From the IMG/VR virus record IMGVR_UViG_3300047094_000158: a stretch of 20,000 nt of DNA, one strand, 5' to 3'. The number at the start of each line of letters is the position of its first letter. Within the stretch, counting starts at the first letter, position 1. This DNA comes from an uncultured virus (IMG/VR IMGVR_UViG_3300047094_000158). Its lineage: Duplodnaviria > Heunggongvirae > Uroviricota > Caudoviricetes. The notes below the pieces were generated by a model that was not told the origin of the DNA, searched no databases, and saw only the letters and a program-made list of their open reading frames with translations. The position numbers and the translations under genes are program-made. Shown here in pieces: positions 15,266-20,000 of this stretch.

Positions 15266-15433
15266 ATGTCCGTATCAAACGCAACTTACAAAGTAGGGGA
15301 TACCTACACAAGCCAAAAGTCCAAAGCCACAGGCGTTATCAAAGAAATCGTGCCACAGGCAAATGGTAATGTTCGTGTTAAGTTAGATGTTGCTGGCGCA
15401 ACTCGCTGGACAACTTGGACAGCAAAGTCATAA
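15266..15433 (+). CDS. Small SH3-like protein, paralog of 16057-16227
   Basis: AAGGAG RBS; TYKVGDTYTSQKSKATGVI. Confidence 0.75.
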   Translation: MSVSNATYKVGDTYTSQKSKATGVIKEIVPQANGNVRVKLDVAGATRWTTWTAKS

Positions 15434-15436
15434 CAC

Positions 15437-15481
15437 TTTAGCAAACGCTAAAAGTCCTGAGCATGACTACTAAAACTGCTC
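15437..15481 (+). ncRNA. Hairpin plus H-type pseudoknot, copy 2
   Basis: TTTAGC-AAAC-GCTAAA then AGTC-CT-GAGCA-T-GACT-ACTAAAAC-TGCTC. Confidence 0.7.
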
Positions 15482-15488
15482 ACCACAA

Positions 15489-15510
15489 TGTCAGACCAAC
15501 CCCCTATACT
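15489..15510 (+). promoter_or_regulatory. PafBC/RecA-NDp-type promoter
   Basis: TGTCAG-N10-TATACT, no TTG -35. Confidence 0.7.
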
Positions 15511-15542
15511 AGAAATATAACCCACTAAAGAAAAGGAACACC

Positions 15543-15965
15543 ATGTCAAGAGGAAAAGCAATCTCAGTAAAAATCCCTACTGCTAGAGTAATCAAAGCAC
15601 TAGAAACTAAACTAGCACAACTAGAAAAAGACTATGCTACACAAGGTGAAAACGAAGCAAAGTATCAAAAGGCTTACAAGGCTTGGCAAAAAGAACTTGC
15701 TGAGTTCGCAGTAGGTAAAATTGCTAAGGCTGAGAACATCAGAACCAATTATCGTTCTTGGAACTCAACACTAAATGTTGATTTTGATTTAATTCTCAAA
15801 GATGGAGAATTTCCTAAAGAGCCTGAAAAGGATTTTGAGGTTATCCACTCTCATACTTACAATGAGCAGAAAGAGGAAATGTCTAACGCTATTCGTATCC
15901 TCAAGATGACAGATGAGGAAGTAGTTAATACTTCTACATACAACGCAGTTGCTCGTTATCTCTAA
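15543..15965 (+). CDS. Helical hypothetical protein
   Basis: AAAGGA RBS; 140 aa ORF with strong codon bias. Confidence 0.8.
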   Translation: MSRGKAISVKIPTARVIKALETKLAQLEKDYATQGENEAKYQKAYKAWQKELAEFAVGKIAKAENIRTNYRSWNSTLNVDFDLILKDGEFPKEPEKDFEVIHSHTYNEQKEEMSNAIRILKMTDEEVVNTSTYNAVARYL

Positions 15966-15989
15966 TTAGATAGAGATGGGGGAGGGTAT

Positions 15990-16018
15990 TTGACTCCCCC
16001 GTCAAAATCTAGTAAAAT
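15990..16018 (+). promoter_or_regulatory. Sigma70 promoter overlapping a GC hairpin
   Basis: TTGACT-N17-TAAAAT; GGGGGAG...CTCCCCC inverted repeat at 15978-16000. Confidence 0.6.
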
Positions 16019-16056
16019 TAAATAATACAAACCACCATAAACAGAAAAGGAAAATC

Positions 16057-16227
16057 ATGACACTAGGCGGATACACATATCAACTAGGTGATCTATTCAC
16101 CACAAGCAAAACTGGCGTTACAGGTAGAATTGTAAAATTCTCACCTATCAACTCTAAACTAACTAGAGTATCGCTACAGTTAGCAAACGGCTCTCGTCGT
16201 TTAGCAATGGTATCAACAACTAAATAA
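16057..16227 (+). CDS. 56-aa SH3-like protein, paralog of 15266-15433
   Basis: AAAGGA RBS; TYQLGDLFTTSKTGVTGRI...RVSLQLANGSRR. Confidence 0.75.
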   Translation: MTLGGYTYQLGDLFTTSKTGVTGRIVKFSPINSKLTRVSLQLANGSRRLAMVSTTK

Positions 16228-16282
16228 ATAAACAGGGGGGGTAGACAACCTGCCCCCCTCTAACTAAGAAAGTAGGCCCCTT

Positions 16283-16693
16283 ATGGAGCAAACAACAATA
16301 CATGCAACTGAAGATTATCTTAGATCTCAGATTGCAGAAAAAAATGAACGCATTCTAACACTGGAGCAACACATCCAAAGAGTAACACAACGTGACTACA
16401 CAGGCGCTGCTAACCTAACAGCAATGCGTGATCAAATGCATACGTGGACCACGACTGAATTAGAAAATCAAGATATCACAAAAGAGCAGGCAGAAGCAAT
16501 TGCTGAAATCTGTGGATTTGAATTAACTAATGAAGTTGAGGTCATGGTAACCGTAGAATATTCAATGACCATTAATGTACCTGCAGGTGAAGATGTAGAA
16601 GATATCATTCATGATATTGATTTTGACGCAATCTCATATGACACTGACAAGATAACTTATGTTTCTAGTTCTCTTAGTGGAGTGGAGTTTTAG
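16283..16693 (+). CDS. Hypothetical protein (coiled-coil N-terminus, acidic C-terminus)
   Basis: 136 aa ORF, GAAAGTAGG RBS. Confidence 0.75.
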   Translation: MEQTTIHATEDYLRSQIAEKNERILTLEQHIQRVTQRDYTGAANLTAMRDQMHTWTTTELENQDITKEQAEAIAEICGFELTNEVEVMVTVEYSMTINVPAGEDVEDIIHDIDFDAISYDTDKITYVSSSLSGVEF

Positions 16694-16735
16694 TAGGGGG
16701 CTACTAAAGGACCTGGGCACGTCTTTAAACTGCCT
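16689..16735 (+). ncRNA. Hairpin plus H-type pseudoknot, copy 3
   Basis: TTTAGTAG-GGGG-CTACTAAA then GGAC-CT-GGGCA-C-GTCT-TTAAAC-TGCCT. Confidence 0.65.
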
Positions 16736-16824
16736 CACAAATCCCCAGCAAAAATCCTCGGGGAATATCCCAAATGTCCGATTTATACCATTTAAGAAGA
16801 TTAAACTATTTTCCCCAGTCCTGA

Positions 16825-16853
16825 TTGACATTGTCAGCCATGAGTGCTAAAAT
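16825..16853 (+). promoter_or_regulatory. Consensus promoter with PafBC-like element
   Basis: TTGACA-t-TGTCAG-N10-TAAAAT. Confidence 0.75.
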
Positions 16854-16879
16854 TAATTAAAACAACCGAAAGGATAAAA

Positions 16880-17902
16880 ATGGCTCATGATTTAGAATCA
16901 CAAAATGGTGTAGCAAGTTTTGCATCATTCCGTGAACCTGCTTGGCATGGTTTAGGTACTGTGTTTACAGATGAAAAAACAACTAGCGAAATGCTAGAGA
17001 CTGCTAACCTTAATAATTGGAATGTTCGTTTAGAGGAATTAGAAATTCCATCTGCGCTAACATCTGATAAGAATTACCAATATGTAGTGCGTACAAACCC
17101 TACTGATAAATCTCAAACTGATGTTTTGGGAATTGTTGGTGAGCGTTATGTGCCATTGCAAAATGAGGAACTATTCTCATTTGGTGATAACATTCTTGAT
17201 GGCGGTGGACGTTGGGAGACTGCTGGCTCAATTCGTGGTGGTCGTGTAGTATTTGGCTCACTAGCATTAGAGCGTGAAACAATTCTTGACCCTAATGGTG
17301 TTGCAGATAAGGTAAAGACTTATTTGCTTATTAACACATCACACGATGGCTCAATCGCTATTCAAGCAAGCATAACACCTGTTCGTGTTGTGTGTGCTAA
17401 TACTCTTAACCTTGCTCTTGGTGGCGTAGGTCGCAAAAAGAATAAGGGTATCAAGCAATCTTTCAAGATTCGCCACACGCAAACTGCCAATGGTAAGGTG
17501 CAAGTTGCTCGTGAGACTTTAGGTCTTGCTAATGCGTACATGGATGAATTTGATATCATGGCTAAGGCAATGATTGAAAAGACTGTTGATGCTAAAATGT
17601 TTAACGACATTATTCTTGCTGCTTATCCTAAGCCAGAAAAAGATGCTAAGGGTGCTGTTAAAAAATGGGAAAATAAAGTTGATACCATTAATGACATCTA
17701 CACTGGCGAATTTAATGGCATGATTGCTGGTAGTGCGTGGGGTGCGTTCAATGCATTAACTGAGCGTCTTGATTGGTACCGTTCTGCTCGTGGTGGTAAT
17801 AACGAAAGTTTATTAGCATCAGCAAGTGGTTTTGATCCATCAATCAATGCAGAAAAAAATCGTCTGCTAAAAGTTGTACAAAATGTTATGCAACTAGCAT
17901 AA
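16880..17902 (+). CDS. DUF932-family phage/plasmid-like protein
   Basis: MAH...REPAWHGLG, YVPLQN, WETAGSIRGG, YLLINTSHDGS, TPVRVVCANT, IRHT, SAWGAFNALTE; GAAAGGA RBS before ATG 16880. Confidence 0.9.
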   Translation: MAHDLESQNGVASFASFREPAWHGLGTVFTDEKTTSEMLETANLNNWNVRLEELEIPSALTSDKNYQYVVRTNPTDKSQTDVLGIVGERYVPLQNEELFSFGDNILDGGGRWETAGSIRGGRVVFGSLALERETILDPNGVADKVKTYLLINTSHDGSIAIQASITPVRVVCANTLNLALGGVGRKKNKGIKQSFKIRHTQTANGKVQVARETLGLANAYMDEFDIMAKAMIEKTVDAKMFNDIILAAYPKPEKDAKGAVKKWENKVDTINDIYTGEFNGMIAGSAWGAFNALTERLDWYRSARGGNNESLLASASGFDPSINAEKNRLLKVVQNVMQLA

Positions 17903-17934
17903 CAAAAAATCCTGAGCATGATTTTAAACTGCTC
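17884..17934 (+). ncRNA. Hairpin plus H-type pseudoknot, copy 4
   Basis: TGTTATGC-AACTA-GCATAACA then AAAATC-CT-GAGCA-T-GATTTT-AAAC-TGCTC. Confidence 0.7.
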
Positions 17935-17942
17935 ACCTTCAA

Positions 17943-18016
17943 GGTCTGGTAGATCAATTGGTTAGATCGTTACCCTGTCACGGTAAAGGTTGCGGGTTCA
18001 AGTCCCGTCCAGATCG
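17943..18016 (+). tRNA. tRNA-Asp (GTC)
   Basis: Acceptor GGTCTGG/CCAGATC, D stem GATC/GATC, anticodon arm TTACC-CTGTCAC-GGTAA, T arm GCGGG-TTCAAGT-CCCGT, discriminator G; CCA not encoded. Confidence 0.95.
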
Positions 18017-18072
18017 CAAGCGGGGTCGGGTTTTATAACAAAAATGTTATTTATTTTTTCTATTAAGAATAC

Positions 18073-18101
18073 TTGTATTTTTCCCCATTTTTTGCTACAA
18101 T
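18073..18101 (+). promoter_or_regulatory. Sigma70 promoter, leaderless
   Basis: TTGTAT-N17-TACAAT with TG extension; ATG 6 nt downstream. Confidence 0.7.
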
Positions 18102-18107
18102 TAATTT

Positions 18108-18269
18108 ATGACCACTACATACAAACCATACACAATAGATGAACTCGTAACTACTATCTATGAAGATAACCTATCGCACTTTGAATTTATGGAGGCAATG
18201 AACGCAGGGGACTGCGATTGCAACTTACATACCACATTAAATACAATTGTCAAATATTGGGGTGAGTAA
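18108..18269 (+). CDS. 53-aa hypothetical protein (CDCNLH)
   Basis: Leaderless ATG; MTTTYKPYTIDELV... Confidence 0.65.
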   Translation: MTTTYKPYTIDELVTTIYEDNLSHFEFMEAMNAGDCDCNLHTTLNTIVKYWGE

Positions 18270-18424
18270 TGTCAAAACAAGTATGGCAATTTACTATCAC
18301 TGATAATATGATAAAACATCTAGACATGAATGAACTTAGTTTATTTATTAACTCATTAGAGGATAACATTCAAGAGATCTGTGGCAACTACGATGTAAAA
18401 CCTTGGGAGATGTATGTGGAATAG
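18269..18424 (+). CDS. 51-aa hypothetical protein
   Basis: TAATG coupling; MSKQVWQFTITDNM... Confidence 0.55.
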   Translation: MSKQVWQFTITDNMIKHLDMNELSLFINSLEDNIQEICGNYDVKPWEMYVE

Positions 18425-18653
18425 ATATGATTACTTATGTACTAACTGTGATGCTTTAATTGAGGTTACCGCCAAAGTTAAGCCTGCCCTGGATGCTGAC
18501 TGTATCTGTGGCAATAGTGCTGTTATTAATATTGGAAATACTCCAGCCCATAAACCAGGAAGTTGGGTCAAGGCAAAGAAACTCAATAAGGTGACCAAAG
18601 TCACAAAGCCAGAAGTTGTAAAGATAGACACAAACCCTTATACTTTATATTAA
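18414..18653 (+). CDS. Zinc-ribbon protein
   Basis: YDYLCTNCD...CICG; GGGAG RBS. Confidence 0.6.
   Translation: MWNRYDYLCTNCDALIEVTAKVKPALDADCICGNSAVINIGNTPAHKPGSWVKAKKLNKVTKVTKPEVVKIDTNPYTLY
18590..18644 (+). promoter_or_regulatory. Crp-like box and promoter inside the 3' part of the upstream CDS
   Basis: GGTGA-CCAAAG-TCACA (18590-18605); TTGTAA-N17-TATACT (18616-18644). Confidence 0.55.
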
Positions 18654-18676
18654 GAACCTACAGAAAGAGACCCTGA

Positions 18677-19198
18677 ATGCATACGCTACACTACTGGCTA
18701 GTAGAAGCAGAGGATAAAGAAAACGCAAGAGCCAATGTCACTGATAGATTAATTAATGATGACGGACAAAGGTTTGTTGAATGGTCAGACTGGCATGTTG
18801 TTGGTGGTGGTCGTTGGAGCGATAGCCAATACAATGATTCATCTGACATGATTGTCTCATATACTGAGAAGCCTGCCTTGTTTGATAGTATAGTTGAAGA
18901 TTGTAAAAAAGCAAGGATAAAAGAAATGCAAGACTGTATGTCTAAGATAGACACTGATAAATTTATTAGTAATATGGTTGACTATATATCAAACAATGCC
19001 TCATTAGGGGAATTAAGGTTTGACATGAACTCATACTATATTAAGTCAGCAAGTAACCTAATGGATGAACACTATACTCCTAACAGTTACTTTTACGATC
19101 TTATTGAGTATACCGCTAGCATGGAGTATATCCAAAGCGCTATTGACAATAAGAACCCTGCCATGTTATTCTTAGTACCTATTGACTTCCACTTCTAA
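18677..19198 (+). CDS. Conserved hypothetical phage protein
   Basis: MH...WSDWHVVGGGRWS...LVPIDFHF motif. Confidence 0.8.
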   Translation: MHTLHYWLVEAEDKENARANVTDRLINDDGQRFVEWSDWHVVGGGRWSDSQYNDSSDMIVSYTEKPALFDSIVEDCKKARIKEMQDCMSKIDTDKFISNMVDYISNNASLGELRFDMNSYYIKSASNLMDEHYTPNSYFYDLIEYTASMEYIQSAIDNKNPAMLFLVPIDFHF

Positions 19199-19206
19199 GG
19201 AGACCC

Positions 19207-19665
19207 ATGAACGAACTTATAGAACTTACAGAGGAAGAGTGGTTTAACACCTTTAAGCCACTCCCAAACCTTATAGACCCTAATGCCTCGTTTAACGATG
19301 GGGAGCAAGGCTATATGTTTGAGACATATGGTAAAGAGTTAGACTTTGTCAAAGCCCAAGATCCTAACAGGATATGGACTTATTGTGACGGAGACAATGG
19401 CGGCACCTATATATTTCAGGGTATGCGTATAGTTAATAGGATTGGGTACTTCGTAACTACCGTGCCCTTTAATGGTAGCAAGGACTATCAGATACAAATC
19501 AGTAGCGAAGATGTTTACGAATGCTCTAACTGTGGTGAGATCTGGGAAGATGAGATGGCCTCTCTACACTATGACAAATTTGAGGATTTGGAAAAATGCG
19601 CTGGTTGCGCTACAATAGAAGAAATCAAAGAGTTAGAAGAAATAGAAAACCACACACTCAACTAA
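19207..19665 (+). CDS. Hypothetical protein with C-terminal zinc ribbon
   Basis: MFETYG.EL..V...IWT...G..IVNRIGY; CSNC...CAGC; AAGGAG RBS. Confidence 0.8.
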   Translation: MNELIELTEEEWFNTFKPLPNLIDPNASFNDGEQGYMFETYGKELDFVKAQDPNRIWTYCDGDNGGTYIFQGMRIVNRIGYFVTTVPFNGSKDYQIQISSEDVYECSNCGEIWEDEMASLHYDKFEDLEKCAGCATIEEIKELEEIENHTLN

Positions 19666-19674
19666 GGAGACAGT

Positions 19675-20000
19675 ATGACCCAAATAAATAAAGATAGCCT
19701 AATATTAGCAGGTCGCTTTTCAGTAGATAGCGGTCAGGCTATGGTAGGCGACCCATGCTATCTTGATGACTGGGATACTAATAAAAATGAAGATTGGAAC
19801 CTTGATGGCAAACAAAATCAATACTCTTATCATGGAGCAAGTGCAACTACTATTGCTAGCAATTATGGCGAGTTAGGCAATGCCAATTCTGTAGTATTTA
19901 GCACAGGATATGGCGATGGTTTATATCCTGTATATGTAGTCCTTAACGGTGATGACAGGGTATCTAAAGTAATCATTGACTTTGAAGGCGACCTAGATGA
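19675..20000 (+). CDS. DUF4241-like protein (runs off window)
   Basis: VDSGQAMVGDPCY...VVFSTGYGDGLYPVY; AAGGAG RBS. Confidence 0.75.
   Translation, partial: MTQINKDSLILAGRFSVDSGQAMVGDPCYLDDWDTNKNEDWNLDGKQNQYSYHGASATTIASNYGELGNANSVVFSTGYGDGLYPVYVVLNGDDRVSKVIIDFEGDLD

Noticed and set aside
16842..16850. CIRCE (HrcA) element
   Set aside because: Only the GAGTGCTAA half is present, and it is explained by the extended -10.
13037..17934. Pseudoknots as preQ1/SAM-II riboswitches, ToxI repeats or frameshift signals
   Set aside because: The conserved cores of those classes are absent, the copies are not tandem, they lie after stop codons and upstream of the next promoter, and I saw no consistent slippery site.
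17943..18016. tRNA as prophage attachment site
   Set aside because: No integrase, no duplicated 3' end, and phage-like genes continue on both sides.
9831..18954. ORFs 9831-10118, 10718-10966, 11129-11329, 11253-11498, 12844-13137, 14100-14378, 14920-15117, 16634-16831, 16659-16850, 17100-17282, 17362-17610, 17698-17919, 18431-18631, 18691-18954
   Set aside because: They run antisense to better genes or across operator cassettes, with no translation signals.

Overview
AT-rich segment of a large tailed-phage genome. An actinobacterial host is inferred from leaderless starts, AAGAAAGG RBSs, GP88- and DUF932-like genes and actinobacterial operator motifs. Positions 191-7713 are a minus-strand virion/tail-fibre/modification module (glycosyltransferase, Gly-rich and collagen-like proteins, holin-like protein) with TGnTATAAT-type promoters. 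A lone plus-strand nuclease-like gene (7876-8472) follows. A divergent switch at ~9780-10200 then opens an early-type region of many tiny ORFs, a GP88-like protein, a DUF932 protein and tRNA-Asp(GTC). The most striking content is non-coding. First, modular intergenic cassettes are packed with host-type operator motifs: DnaA boxes, Crp/GlxR boxes, SOS boxes, GACAC boxes and a TACT-N4-AGTA palindrome. Second, seven promoters have the exact PafBC/RecA-NDp geometry TGTCAG-N10-TANNNT. Third, four covarying H-type pseudoknots sit directly after stop codons. Fourth, a small minus-strand RNA and a leader are built from a repeated UGAGC/CAARUAA internal loop. All family assignments are from motif recognition by eye; no searches were run.
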